A stretch of 64,000 bases of DNA from assembly GCA_964106915.2 (NCBI GenBank), contig OZ066922.1; one strand, given 5' to 3'. The stretch's first letter is position 1. Each line of letters starts with the position of its first letter. Source of the stretch: Podarcis gaigeae. Its lineage: Eukaryota. Positions 12,152 through 24,966 of this stretch are shown piece by piece. The notes under the pieces were generated by a model. The model did no database searches. It worked only from the letters and a program-made list of their open reading frames with translations, and was not told the origin of the DNA. The position numbers and the translations under genes are program-made.

Positions 12152-12273
12152 CTGAATGCAAGCATTAAACATTAGCCAAGTATAAAGTATGTATCTGTAA
12201 CACAAGACAATCTTAGCTCAATGGTTTTTATTTCACACTTCAAGTGCGTTAGTCTTTGGTCAAAAGAACTCAC

Positions 12274-12397
12274 CTAGTCCTGAACATTAAAGCAGGATCC
12301 ATGTTAACAGAAGCCATTCGACCCACATGGCGAATCTCTTTTGCGATCATTCGTAATTTCTCAAAATTGACCAAACCTTCCACTTTGGAATCATTTC
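12274..12397 (-). CDS. RAPGEF2: RAPGEF2 coding exon (RasGEF/CDC25 domain)
   Basis: 124 nt; tag|GAAATGAT...ACTAG|gtgag; [40 protein letters not shown]. Confidence 0.97.
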
Positions 12398-12519
12398 CTA
12401 CATTGCCAAAAGAATGATAGGCAATAACTATAGTACTCTGCCATTGGTCAGTGAAAGTAAAAACACACATGTTGCCATCACCAAAGATAACATACAGAAA
12501 AAACACTTGCAACATTTAC

Positions 12520-12731
12520 CTTCATGGAGGAACGTAAGGTCCTTTTTGATTACAGGGAACAATGGAATAATAGGAGGCTGTAGATTTTGGCTATTCAGGA
12601 CATTGCGATATTTTGCCATGTTCCTAGATGGATCAAATAAATCCTGAAGATCTTGAAACAATTTTTCATATTTGCTTGGAAGTTTTTCCCAAGTGGTTCG
12701 TAGTCTTGCAACTGGAGCTAAGTTTAGGCCA
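12520..12731 (-). CDS. RAPGEF2: RAPGEF2 coding exon (RasGEF/CDC25 domain)
   Basis: 212 nt; tag|TGGCCTA...CATGAAG|gtaaa; [18 protein letters not shown]...[11 protein letters not shown]...[15 protein letters not shown]. Confidence 0.97.
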
Positions 12732-13995
12732 CTAAAGAATGAATTTTAAAAGATGTTGAGGGTTTTAATCTCTGTTCAAAATGAAACCTGCATTAGCAGC
12801 ATCCTAAACATATGTTCCTGTATACAATCTTCTGAAGTAAAACTAAATGCATATCATATCATATCATATTTAGCAACTGACAAATGTAGACACTGGTAAA
12901 CAAAAACACTGCTTTCAGAGATTATGCACCATAAAATTGTAGGTCTTTTCTGAACTGCAATGTTCAAGCAATATTTGTGAGTTGAAGAATCATCAAAAGA
13001 TTATGGTAAGCAGTGGTATGGCTTTCCTGTCTTACCAAAAGTGTTCTCAGATCTATTACAACATTGCTTTCCAAACTCTGTTGGAGCAACAGACACTTCT
13101 ATAAACAAGGACCATTTTTAGTACAAAGATGTGGCTATGATGATCAGTAAGTGTTTGTTACTGCCAGATGGAAGTATTGTAATGAGTAATACAGTAAAGT
13201 CTATTCAGAAACTGCAGCTGTAAAATGCTGTGAGTCATTCCCTTAGTATACTAGCAAAAGAAGCATGTTATTACCAGAGGTTTAGAAGAGACACAACCAG
13301 CTCATTTGGATGCACTGGTGATATTGATTATAAAAGCCCTCTGTTGTCCGAGACACAGATATCTGACATTCAGTCTTGCTTTCCATAGTTAGTTGAAATG
13401 GTCAACAAAAATGTCTGAAGTCAATGATCCTAACATTAAATGTTTTAGAGCTGCAAACAAATTTTTACAGAGGCCACCAACTATCAAATCTACTTTTCTT
13501 TCTCAGATGCCTTAATCTTACTGCCCTTCACAACAAATATTAGTTTCCCTTTTCATTAATTATTTTTATCTGGAGCACTGGTGCCTGAGATTATTGACCA
13601 CCTTTGATCCCCAAATCAAGTTTCATCAAGTATATTAGCAGAATAAGTTACAGTAATTTAACACAGAGGCATGAAATTTAACAAGGCATGAAAGTGACCA
13701 GTTTCAAATCCAGGCAGACAATGTAACTTATTTTACTTAATTTGAGTTGTTTAAAAGAATTCCTGGGTTGGAACTCTATCAATAATGCCCCCAAATCACA
13801 GGGTTCCATGCCCAGTCTTTTCTAAATTGATGCCAAATATAACTTTCCGAAATCACTGTCACCCATAGTGAAAAGGCAAAGGAGCATCAGCACTGTAAGA
13901 AAAGTGGGCGTCCTGAGTGTACTGATTAAAAATCCCTATCTTGCCTATGTTCACATATCAGACTACAGGAAGGTTTAGTAGAAATGCCATGAAGT

Positions 13996-14650
13996 TGTAG
14001 AGTGAGGAGTGCTTGAGAGAGGGATTTCGGTCTGTGAGGCGGATTCTGTCAGGAGGGTTCGTTCTGACAGTTGGTAGAGCTGAGGAGAACCGAGAACTCT
14101 CAGTATATGCTCTAAAGTTTCTGAATCGCAGAACACTGTTAAAATAGAAAAGGCACAGTCTCCCATGGTGTTTACAGGAAAAAGGGTCCTCAGAGGGAAT
14201 ACTCTGACATGAAAGGGCAGTAGTGATTCCCAGGCCAAAGAGGATTTGGGGGTCTGTAAGGAAACAGTCCAGTTAAAATCCTAAATTCCTGAAGTGTGTG
14301 TGGAAAAGTCTGATCTATGAAAGATGTGTAAAAGAAAGTAACCTTAAGCCTCAACAGCATACAGCCTATAACTTGAAACAGTATACGTTTTAATAAAAAG
14401 CAACAGCACTGTGCCATGAATAACCTCAGTTTGATATATTTCTGTGGAAGAAAAAGAACCAAAAACTCCTTGTTTACATCTATTATAATAAAGTTTGTTT
14501 GCAACCTGTTTTCCCCAAAGAAAAACCCACTGTCGCTTGTGATTCATTCTCTATTGGGGGAATTCACCTGAGGGAAGGGAAACTGAGGGCTGGCACAGCG
14601 GTGTCAGGGAGGGAAGAGTGCTGTTGCGTCGTCCCAGAAGTCCCTCTACA
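13996..14650 (+). mobile_element. Candidate solo LTR
   Basis: TGTAGAGTGA...TCCCTCTACA (TG...CA, 9/10 terminal inverted match), internal AATAAA; no clean TSD, 5' boundary uncertain. Confidence 0.4.
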
Positions 14651-15622
14651 TCGCCTGCTAGTTGCAAATGGTAATATGTCAAGACCAATGCTATCAATAC
14701 TTGCTGAAAATGCTAATAAATGCAACAAAGCAAAGGTTTCCTTACCAAGGAAGCCTTCAAATACAGTCTAGGGATTGTAATTGCATTCAAAAGCTGAAAA
14801 GCAGGCTCACATGAGGCCTAAACAACAACCAAATGTGCTTCATACAAAGTGACAATCTGTTTTGAAACGACCCTTTCAAAAGGAAGGTAACTGGAAAATT
14901 CAGAAGTGTACTTTTTGTGGGGGTAGGAAGGAGGAGAACCAAAGATTTAAGGCTACCTTGTACCACCAACAGTCTAACAATTAGCTTCTACTGCATTAAG
15001 TTAAAAACCTGTGTAACCTATAACTGGGATTTTGCATCCCAACATGCAAACCTTTTAAATAATACTAAATGAATTGGATTCATAAAGGACTGTGCAGTCT
15101 TTCACACATAAAACATGCTCCATGGTTGCATACTAAGTGGAAACAGAGATAGATAAATGACTTCTTTTGTAATTTTGCTTTTTCCAAGTCTGTTCCAAAG
15201 GATATTTTGATTTCTAGAGATAACAAATGCTTATAAAAATGACAAACACAACAAAGACTAATACATTTATAATGACACACGTGATCATGGAGTAGAGTCT
15301 ACTTTCATCAGATATATCATTATGATGTTAGCAATGACAAGCTTGCAATGCTAATTTAAACAGCTTTTCATGGAAGAATCCTCTAGCCTTTCAACCAGTC
15401 TTGCTCTTTTTGGATTAGGATTTTGTCTAAAGCTGCTGCTGAGGACTGTTAAGTTAATGAAATACGACTATTGTAGTATTGAATTACTAATTCATAAAAC
15501 AGTAAAATGTACACATAGTATTTTTCTTAAAATTTAGTATCATTATAAAGCAGCTATTTACACTTTACTTCTTATAAACTGTATGCAAAATCATTGGGGG
15601 GGGGTGATCTAGTCTTGTTTAC

Positions 15623-16006
15623 CTTATTATTGCAAACATGGAGTTGAAGTTCTTGCATTCCCTGCAGTGCAATGCTATCTTAATGAAGTGCTTAATTATC
15701 TTCATCCTTTTCAGCTGGTTGGTTTCTCGCAGAATCTCAGATGCCACCCAAAAGGTTTCTTGGTTTATTACTTCTTCAAACTTTTTCAAGTTAGTACAGC
15801 TAGACTTAGATTTCAGTTTAAACAAGTCATCTATGTATTCTGTAGGTTCAATGTTACGGAACAGTTCAAAGTTACGCATAGAGAGTTGGGTTGCCACCTC
15901 AACAGTACTGAGTTGCAATAAAGAAATTTGGCTCTCTCTCAGCAATTCCTGAGCATCTTCATCTGAACACAAGGTTTCTGTCTCCATGTTGTTCTTCAGA
16001 TAATAC
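15623..16006 (-). CDS. RAPGEF2: RAPGEF2 coding exon (RA end, RasGEF start)
   Basis: 384 nt; cag|GTATTAT...ATAAG|gtaaa; [19 protein letters not shown]...[14 protein letters not shown]. Confidence 0.97.
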
Positions 16007-16161
16007 CTGGGAGAGGGGGGAAGAGGGAATAAAGTTTTCTAGAAATGAAAACACTAATATTAATGGAAAGCAAAGGTAGCTTGTTTAGAATTTAAAAATC
16101 AGTATATTTAAGAAGTACATTCAATTATATTCTGAGATGGCAGATGTTGTACGAGTCTCAC

Positions 16162-16402
16162 CTTCCACTAAGCTGTATTCTGTCAGCAAGCTTGGAAAGT
16201 TGATCTGGAAGCCTCCTCTGCTTGATTACTCCCTCTGGAGTGACTGAAACTTCACATAAAGAATATGCATCTGGGGTGGTGGTTAGAGCAAATTCTCGGA
16301 TTGCTTGAATAACCACTTCCTTTGCAGTTGTGTCCTTACTGATCATAATGTAGCGGCTTTGTTGGTCTGCCTTAAAAACCCTCAGAACCTGGTCTGGTAA
16401 AT
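16162..16402 (-). CDS. RAPGEF2: RAPGEF2 coding exon (Ras-association domain)
   Basis: 241 nt; cag|ATTTACC...GGAAG|gtgag; [30 protein letters not shown]...RIQLSG. Confidence 0.97.
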
Positions 16403-19400
16403 CTGTAGGGAGGGGGGGAAATCCTATTACAGCATATAAACCATATAATAGAGTAAAATTATTTATTTTTCAGTCAGTTTCTGAATAGGAACAGATACAC
16501 ACTTAATTTTCTTTAGTTGCCATCTTGCTCCTGTGAAACTGTTCTAGTCACTATCCTTCTTTTGGATCATCATTCTTTTTTCTGCCAATGATCAGAAGTC
16601 ATTTCCAAGCAAAGCAAAATGGATCAACATGCTGGATTTCTGCCATAAACGTTTATAAATTGCTAACCACAAAGTATATAATCAGTGCATTCAGCTTTGA
16701 TACTACTGACTGCATACTGACATGCTACTAAATTGCAGTTTATTCTTAAATGAATGAATCTCAAGCTTGCCCCTCCCTCCATTCCAATGGGGACATGAAA
16801 ATAGAAAATAGAAAATTACAAACTGTATTTTTTTTATTAACCATAGTACACTGAACCAAGCCAACCTCAAATAGGAGAGGGCATGAGTGATTAAGTAACC
16901 TTCATTTTAAGTCATTATGAGCTCATAAACCAAAGTATGCCTGCCTCAGTAGTTGCCCTACAAGACACTCTAAATACTCATTAGTGCCTGTATGGCCCCA
17001 ATTTTTTAGCTTGCTATATAATTTCCTGATGACTGGGTGGTGATGGACCTTTATTTCTTAGCACTTATCAAATATTATTGTTTCAAACTGAAAGGAAGGT
17101 GTCCAGGTCAACCAATAACTTAATGTTTCTTCAAAACTCTGTTTTTTGAAGTAATTATGTAAACAATCAAGAAAAGGTTGTGTCATCAGGTTTTTATCAA
17201 TTATTCATCTGTCAACAAACACAAAAATTCAGTTTCCTTCCTTTCCTTCCTCTTAAAATACTGTATACGTTGGGTGATTGACAATGGCAATCTAGAAAAA
17301 TGAAACAATTGAAACAAGGAACAGCAAAAGGGGAGAGGTTTATATTGGAGGTGAAATGGATGCCATAAGCAAGTTTATTTTTACTTATTGCGGTTAATCT
17401 CAAATAAAAAACGTAGCACTAGAAATCATAAAAATGTAGTATGATGTAAAGTATGGGTACAGATTTAACCCTTGCCCCAAATAAAGTCCCTTATTCCCCT
17501 GCTATTTTCACCTACGGGGTGGGGCAGGATCCATGTTTTGCAAAGCCACACACACAAACAAAACCCACAGCTGCCTTTTGTTGAAATGAAGCTGGCAGTT
17601 TCTGTTGTTTTTGCCTCCTACCTATTGTGTGAATGAGAACAGTAGGCTGTAGGAGAGAGCAGTGTTCAGCCCTCTCACCCGCTCTTTTCTTGCTGGTATC
17701 TGCACTAATAAACAAACCTCATCACACAATCAACTCTATTCCCCAGCAACAAGGGATAAAACCACATTATACCCGTTCACGTCCTTGCCTGCTCTCGATT
17801 ATCCTCCCCAACGTCATCTTCAGTACCTCCCCCTTAGTTCTGTTGGCATGTTACCAAACCACTGGTTACCATTTCTACCAGTTCTCTCCCCCTTTCTTCC
17901 TAACTCCAGATGCATCACAGCTACATCTCAACCCACTGTGAAATTTAAGTGCAGATTAGGGTATATTTGAGGTCTGCTGGGGATTGCTTTCCTCCAAGTG
18001 GCTTCCCTGTAAGACTGAGATGGAATAGTTGACATGCATGATTCCACTTGTAGGTGTGTGAACCTCTTTATATCTTAATATATTAAACCTTTGCTCAACT
18101 AATTTGTAAAGACCCCTCTACCTGAACTGCACATTTCCTCTTAACAAATTCAACTAAGTAAAATGTAACCTCTAGTAAACATCTTACATAAGATTGCAAC
18201 CTGAAGCTTACAGCAAGGCTGAAATAAAGGCAAGGCAATAATCTGTTCTCTGTTTTAAAATGCCAGTCTGGCAAGACACTGAAAAGGATATCAAAGCTTG
18301 GGTTTGACTTTTTCAACTTACAGAACAATTGTATAGGAAAATGTTATTGCAAGTTCATGATCTCTATTGCCATGAACATCCCCATACTGAAATGTTGATT
18401 TACAAATCCACTTAACACAGCAAGCATTTTTTTGTTCCTCCCTAAGCACTACTCAGCTCCTCCAAGCTCTACAGAACAGCAATTCTGACAGGTTGAATTC
18501 TTTCTGCTCTAGTACATTCGATTTCCTGAATGCCTCCCCCATCTCCAACACAGTCCAAAGTAACAAGAAAACTATTGAGACTGTACATTTTCTGAAACTT
18601 CAAGTATGCATTGTGGCTTAAGATTATAGCCCAACTTTCTTTAAAGCCCTCAAGGGAGCATTATACGTTAATGTTAAATAAATAGAGTACAAGAAGCCAA
18701 TTCAAAAAAGAAAAATGCCTAGCAGTGTATACTGGAAGTGATTTTAATGAGCTTGTACCATTTTATTTGGTTGTAAACTGTCCCGGTATGTATATTTTTA
18801 TGACAGGTGGTATAAAAAGGGTTTTCAATAGATAAAATAATAATACTAGTATGTAACCATCCACAAAGTAATATCACACAATATAGTTACTTCATTTCTC
18901 CTGTTTATAAATAAGCAATACTTTGTATACTGTTCACTAATACTGAATCTCTCTGCTTCTGAGAATCTATATGCCCACGTATCTTTCAGGCCTTTCATTA
19001 AATGTGAAGCTTATTGACCGCATGTGTCTCCTTATCAGTCTCCTAACTCCATGTTGGAGAAAATCATTTTCCTGTCTTATTACCTACACCCCACGACATA
19101 TTCATTCAGAAACTCTACCTTGAATTGTTCTACTTAGTTTTGGCTGCTTCTCAACTATTTTCAGGTTCCAGGGACAACTACATCCATTTCCATTACCCCA
19201 GTCCTTTTAACATTGGTTTGCATGCCCTCACTCTCTGCACAGTGACAATGATAAATAAGTGCTAACTAATAATAATGGTACAAATGTATTACAGAGTATT
19301 TCAGTAGATCAGACTATTTATGTGTCCTAAAAAAGAAGAAGTATTTTTATGCAAAGCAGACATGGAAATCCCAACTCGAGGAACATAGTTTTTGTACCCA

Positions 19401-19453
19401 CTTACACCTATCAGAAGTAGCCCAAAGGACACCCATGAAAATTTGAGGCTCAC

Positions 19454-19611
19454 CTGGGGTTGTGTTGAAATCTAAGATGCGGTGATGTGACTGCATTAAG
19501 TCAGGATTGCTTGAAGACAGTGTTCCACTGACCGGCAGAGCAGGAGGAATGTGCTTGGTCTGCCTCAATCCCACAATGCTGTCATCCTGAGATTGGCCAA
19601 TTCCAATATCG
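19454..19611 (-). CDS. RAPGEF2: RAPGEF2 coding exon
   Basis: 158 nt; tag|CGATATT...CCCCAG|gtgag; [38 protein letters not shown]... Confidence 0.96.
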
Positions 19612-20199
19612 CTACGACGATGGGGAAAACAAAAGTATTTAGTGCTTTTATATTATCGTGACCTATATTGCTTTATTTCCCCCTGTATATCTGATTTCCA
19701 CATAAGCCATTCATCTTACAGATTTTTAAAGTATAAGCATTGCTTTGGCAAACTTACTCAACAGTTTTTAACCAAAGCCATATTCACTAGTAAGGTACCA
19801 GCAAGATTGGAACCGTTACACCTAAATGTTGATTTATAAATAAAGCTCAGGATTTTGTTTTTAATATATGCAGAATACATGAAAGTATGTGATAAAATTT
19901 CCAGCAGCCCCGCCCCCTTTTTGGGGGAAAAGAAATGTTGATATATTTATTTTATTCTTCATGAACCATTTCTACACAGAGATTCAACTGGCTATTGGGT
20001 AATGGTATTATTTATTAAATTTATATCCTGCTCTTCCTCTCAATGGAGCCTAGGGCAACAAACAAGAGATAAAACAATAAAACATCTTAGAAACAATTCT
20101 AATACTGATGCAGATTTCAAGGCAATAACCAATACACTAAAACTATAGACTGAGTTGACATAATGGAAAACACTCTGCGGTGCTGTGCATCACACTCAC

Positions 20200-20446
20200 T
20201 TGTATGGTTTCTGAGGCAAGATACTGATGCGGGTTTTGTCTAGTATCTTCTTGAGCTTGTTTCGCCCACCAACAGTGTTGGCTTTGCTCTTCTTGGTTAC
20301 TTTTTCCAATCCTATCACCTGCTCCACATCAACTCCAAGATCTGGTATGGAATAACGGCTTGCTTTTTTAATATCACCAATTTTAGGAAGATGAGGAGCG
20401 CCGTTTCTTTTCTCCTCTGACAATCTTGTTAGAAGTTCCTTAAAAA
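20200..20446 (-). CDS. RAPGEF2: RAPGEF2 coding exon
   Basis: 247 nt; cag|TTTTTAAG...TACAA|gtgagt; [23 protein letters not shown]...[10 protein letters not shown]. Confidence 0.96.
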
Positions 20447-21498
20447 CTGCACAAAAGATGGAAAACACATAGAAAAATAAACTCAAAAGAAATACATCAT
20501 ACCTTTCTTGCACAGGCTATGAAAAGCAAAGTGGCATTTCACATTTGAATAGAATTCATGCTTGGACTTAACGATACTTCTAAAAATCTATTCCTGGGCA
20601 TAGAATTAAGCCTCAAAATAAGTTGTTCACCTTATACCTAATAAAGAGTGTTTAAAAATCCATACACAGCTAAAGAGCAAGGGCACGTTTATGTCAGAAA
20701 CAAGAAAAAAGCTATGGCATATTTCCTTCCAGAAGGTCAACTGAAATCCTACGGCAAGTCTAGGAAAGCCATAACACAATAGTTATGCAAGTTGTCTCAC
20801 CGTATTCAGAGGAATGCTGCGAGGTACAAAGGTCTCTAAGAATGATTTTCCACGAACAGTTTTAGTAACTTTACACTGCTTCCAAAATCATTTCACACTA
20901 AGGGTCTTGGCTGTAGTTACTTTAGAAACATTATGCAAACATACATATTATGTTATGTATGAAGTTAAATTTCATTACTGCAATAGTCTTTTCTGACCTT
21001 AATCTTTCCTAAACTTCAAAAGGGAACATTTGTAATTTAAGATTACAATTCCCACTTAAGAGGAAGTAAACCCCACTGAACCAAGTTGGACAGCAAATAG
21101 ATTCCATTTCTTATTATGATTTTTATCAGTTTTTTGCATTGTTATAAAATATTATAACATCTGCACATTTTGTTCTTATAAAGCAGTAACTATGAAGACT
21201 GAAACATTTATTGCAAGTGTGGATGTCTTGCTTTCTACCCTCAGTGAATCTTTTTCCACATCGACCTTGGAAATTCTGTTCTGCACAATTTAAAGATGTG
21301 TTCTGGAATGCACCGTAAAACATGGCCAATACTCATCTATGGTTGTGCATTGCAGAAAAAGATGGCAAGTTGTGAACAAGCTGTCTTTGTGCTTTTAAGG
21401 ACAACCTGGTGAGGGTACTCCTGGTCTCATTGCAACACAATTCTAAAACTATTGCATTATAATAAAAGTTACACTTAAACCTATGGCTTTAAACTTAC

Positions 21499-21607
21499 CA
21501 AATAAGTTAGTTTTCACAGTGATAGACAAATGTGTGTTATTTCGAAGAATTTCCATGGCTTTAGACAGCTGAATGTTTTCAAAATTTTGGCCATTTACCT
21601 CCAATAT
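21499..21607 (-). CDS. RAPGEF2: RAPGEF2 coding exon (PDZ, second half)
   Basis: 109 nt; tag|ATATTGGAG...TTTG|gtaagt; [36 protein letters not shown]. Confidence 0.96.
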
Positions 21608-21716
21608 CTAGAAAGAGGAACAAAAGGATTGAATCCTGGCAATTCATAACGATGAGGAGTCTCCACTACAACTATTGGCATTCCAAGAACAACCTGATGA
21701 AATTTAATTTACATAC

Positions 21717-21920
21717 CTGATCACCACGTTTCAAGCCTGCTTCAGTGGCTTTGCTACCTGAATCAACACTGTCAACAAAGATTCCAAATCCCTTTTCAGA
21801 TCCTCCCAATAATAAGAAAGGCAAAGGGGCTTCCCGAGATGGCTTTGTTAATGTTATCATTCTTCGTTTAGCTTTAGCAGCACATGCAATATTTAACAGC
21901 CTCAGATGTCCACCCATTTT
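21717..21920 (-). CDS. RAPGEF2: RAPGEF2 coding exon (PDZ, first half)
   Basis: 204 nt; cag|AAAATGG...GATCAG|gtatg; [20 protein letters not shown]...GFGIFVDSV...GLKRGDQ. Confidence 0.97.
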
Positions 21921-22012
21921 CTGTAGGGAGAGAATCCAGAGCCATTTGTTAGATGTAAAGTCACCTCAGTGTAGGACAGCAAGTCTCTTACTTTGCCAAT
22001 AATAATCCATAC

Positions 22013-22120
22013 CTCTCTTTCTAAATTGTTCTCAAATTCTTCCAGAAAACGAGTCATTGCAGAATCTCCCTCAAAATCATTGAAGTGATTGTTCACCCAC
22101 AACAATACTACCCGTGTAAC
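22013..22120 (-). CDS. RAPGEF2: RAPGEF2 coding exon (REM domain)
   Basis: 108 nt; cag|GTTACAC...AGAGAG|gtatg; [36 protein letters not shown]. Confidence 0.97.
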
Positions 22121-22960
22121 CTGAAAGAAACAATATAAATTCTTTATATAAATGTAGTTTTAAAACCCAAGGAAAACTATTTTTCAGCTGCTTTCTTATT
22201 TTAGACATTTCCCCAACACCATATACTTCAGTATCTAATCTAGTGACATTTTTTAAAAATTTCTAGAAGTCCACCAGGTTAAAAAAAAGAAAAGCAAGAA
22301 ACTGGGTTTTAAACATAAAGCTTCACATTTGTACAAAATCCTTCATGTACTTCTTTTCAGAAAAGAGAAACCTGGTATCCTACGTTTTTACTACAGGAAT
22401 TCTATGCAAATAAGAAACACCACCATACCACTTCATGAAACTATAGTGTTGAAATGGTAGCAATTTTAAAAAAATTGCTTCTGAAGCAGTAGGCTCCAAA
22501 CAGTTAACTGTTATTACAAAAATAACGGATTAAAAAATAAATTTGGGTTACTTTTTCTTCTTTTTAAAAAAAGGCCTAAAGGCCATTTCCAATTTTGCAT
22601 GTTTCTGTAACATGCTTTTTAGCTATGCTACCTTAGTTCAAAAGGAAAACTTTGCTCCTGCTGTGTCAGCAAACTGAGTCACTATCAGAAGCCACTATTC
22701 ATTATATAGATTTTAATAACATGGAATCAATACAACTACCACTTCTATGCACTAACAAAACACCAAATTCAATGCAGTCTTTCGTTACAATGAGTTTAAA
22801 GAATCCATAAATAGACCTTGACAGGAACTGAAATTCCGACAATGTGCTGTTGAGAACCCGTTACCCTCCAAGTTTCTAGAATCCCTGTTCTGCTACAATG
22901 CCATAAATTTGAAAGTGACTGCTTGAATTCTTAGACCTAACATGAATTGAGGCATCCAAA

Positions 22961-23014
22961 CATAGAATTCTAGAATTGTAGAGTTGGAAGGGACCACAAG
23001 GGTCATCTAGTCCA
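22961..23014 (-). mobile_element. CR1 LINE 3'-end fragment
   Basis: Minus strand TTGGACTAGATGACCCTTGTGGTCCCTTCCAACTCTACAATTCTAGAATTCTAT resembles the CR1 3' terminus with ATTCTRTG-like tail. Confidence 0.7.
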
Positions 23015-23796
23015 AGTACCAGCAATGCAGGAATATTTTGCCTAACATGGAAAGAAAGAAGCAAGGGACTTTGCAGATCACAGAGGTCTGCTCCCTTCTC
23101 CCCTGAATAACCCTGTTGGATCTGTCACTAGATCTTTATCTTCACAGCCATTAAAGGCTAGAAACAATCTTTCAGGATGCTGAATTCTATGCACCATAAA
23201 TTTAGTGCACAGCTGAGGAACTGGACCTGGCTACTGTACTGTAACCTTCCTTGCTCCAACCCATTGCCCAAGTGGGTGGGGCTGTCCACCTGTAAATCAC
23301 CTGGTATCATTATGATGTCGGGTGACAACCTGAAAGGAGCTCACAAAGCCCCTTTGAAAGCCAGTTTTCGGCACCAATCAGTTTACAAGCTACCCCCTTG
23401 ACAGTCCATTTGCTAGTGCTCTGAATATAAGCCGCTTACAAACATATTCCAAAGCGTGGCTGTCAGCACCCAACAGCTGATGAGAGCTGAGAGCTGCACT
23501 AGGGAGTTCCTGATGAAGTGCAGCCAGTCAATCTCAGTGAAGCTCCATTTTTGAGCACTGAAGGACAATCCTGTGTGTTTCTGAATGGGGTTGTCAACTC
23601 ACCACTCTGCTGCTTCCAGCTGGGGCCTAGGACTGCTCTGCCCATTTCTAACTCCAGTTAAAGCTTTTTAACCTCTTTCACATATCTGACTAAAATCTAG
23701 TCAGGCATGAATGTCAAATGTGAAAACTTTAATCTGATTAACACAAACAAGTTTTTAAAACTGATTTTCAGGTCCAGAAGAAGATGGGTACATTTA

Positions 23797-24150
23797 ACGC
23801 TGTGGTCTAAACCACTGAGCCTAGGGCTTGCTGATCGGAAGGTCAGCGGTTTGAATCCCTGCGACGGGGTGAGCTCCCGTTGCTCGGTCCCAGCTCCTGC
23901 CAGCCTAGCAGTTCAAAAGCACGTCAAAGTGCAAATAGATAAATAGGTACCACTCCAGCGGGAAGGTAAACAGTGTTTCTGTGCGCTGCTCTGGTTTCGC
24001 CATTGGCAGCTTAGTCATGCTGGCCACATGACCCGGAAAAACTGTCTGTGGACAAACATCAGCTCCCTTGGCCAGTAAAGCAAGATGAGCGCTGCAGCCA
24101 CAGAGTTGTTTGCGACTGGACTTAACTGTCAGGGGTCCTTTACCTTTTTT
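23797..24150 (+). mobile_element. Sauria SINE, near full length
   Basis: GCTGTGGTCTAAACCACTGAGCCTAGGGCTTG...GTCATGCTGGCCACATGACCCGG...CCTTTACCTTT tail typical of lacertid Sauria SINE. Confidence 0.9.
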
Positions 24151-24367
24151 TCATTACATGCATTGCTACAAGTAGTGAAATAGACATAGGTGGCCAATCA
24201 GATTATATACATTCTTTTACTCCTCCATTGAAATGTTATCTCCAGGGGGGGGGGGGGATATTGCCTGCTTTGTTGTCCAATTAAACTAACCAATACCACT
24301 TTACAATTTGTTTAATTAGTGTATACTAAAATACGGTCATATTTTAGAATGTCATTATTAATGCAAC

Positions 24368-24532
24368 CTTATCCCTGAGGCTAGGATCATTGAACCACTC
24401 CAATAACTTCTTCCCCACTTCCATTGGGCTGGAAAGAAATGTCCTGTAGGTCAACAGGAAATCCTCGATAAATGTTGGATCAACCACTGAATGTTCTTCC
24501 ACCAAATGCATTGTCAACCTTTCCGGCGTTCC
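24368..24532 (-). CDS. RAPGEF2: RAPGEF2 coding exon (REM domain)
   Basis: 165 nt, absent from the ORF track; tag|GGAACG...GATAAG|gttgc; [32 protein letters not shown]...NDPSLRDK. Confidence 0.96.
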
Positions 24533-24813
24533 CTATAAAATGTAAATGTTCAAATATCAATACACATGAATGCATCTCAGCTTGAGCCCTTTTTTTTTTT
24601 TTTGGTCTCACTGAAGTTAACATACATGTACTGGACCAGATTTACACAAAGTACCATACACAGCAATTAAGAATAGATCTTTGGTAGTTTTTCTCATTAA
24701 AAAGTCTGAAAAAAGATAGCATCTGTATAACATTAGGATATAAATAAAAAAGACTGTGGTTTGAAAGAAAAAGATAAACTGCTATTAGGTATATTATAGT
24801 ATAAAAAATATAC

Positions 24814-24966
24814 CTTGATAACAATGTGACCCTTTCTTGTTCCAGTGCGATCCAATTCCCTATGTTCTTTAACCATAACAATCTCTCCTTCCTCTTCTAC
24901 CTTCTGCATGTTTTTCTCCACTTGGTTGAGGATGCGGCAATAATCTTGCTGGGCTATGCACACAAA
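24814..24966 (-). CDS. RAPGEF2: RAPGEF2 coding exon (cNMP-binding domain end)
   Basis: 153 nt; tag|TTTGTG...ATCAAG|gtata; [51 protein letters not shown]. Confidence 0.97.
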
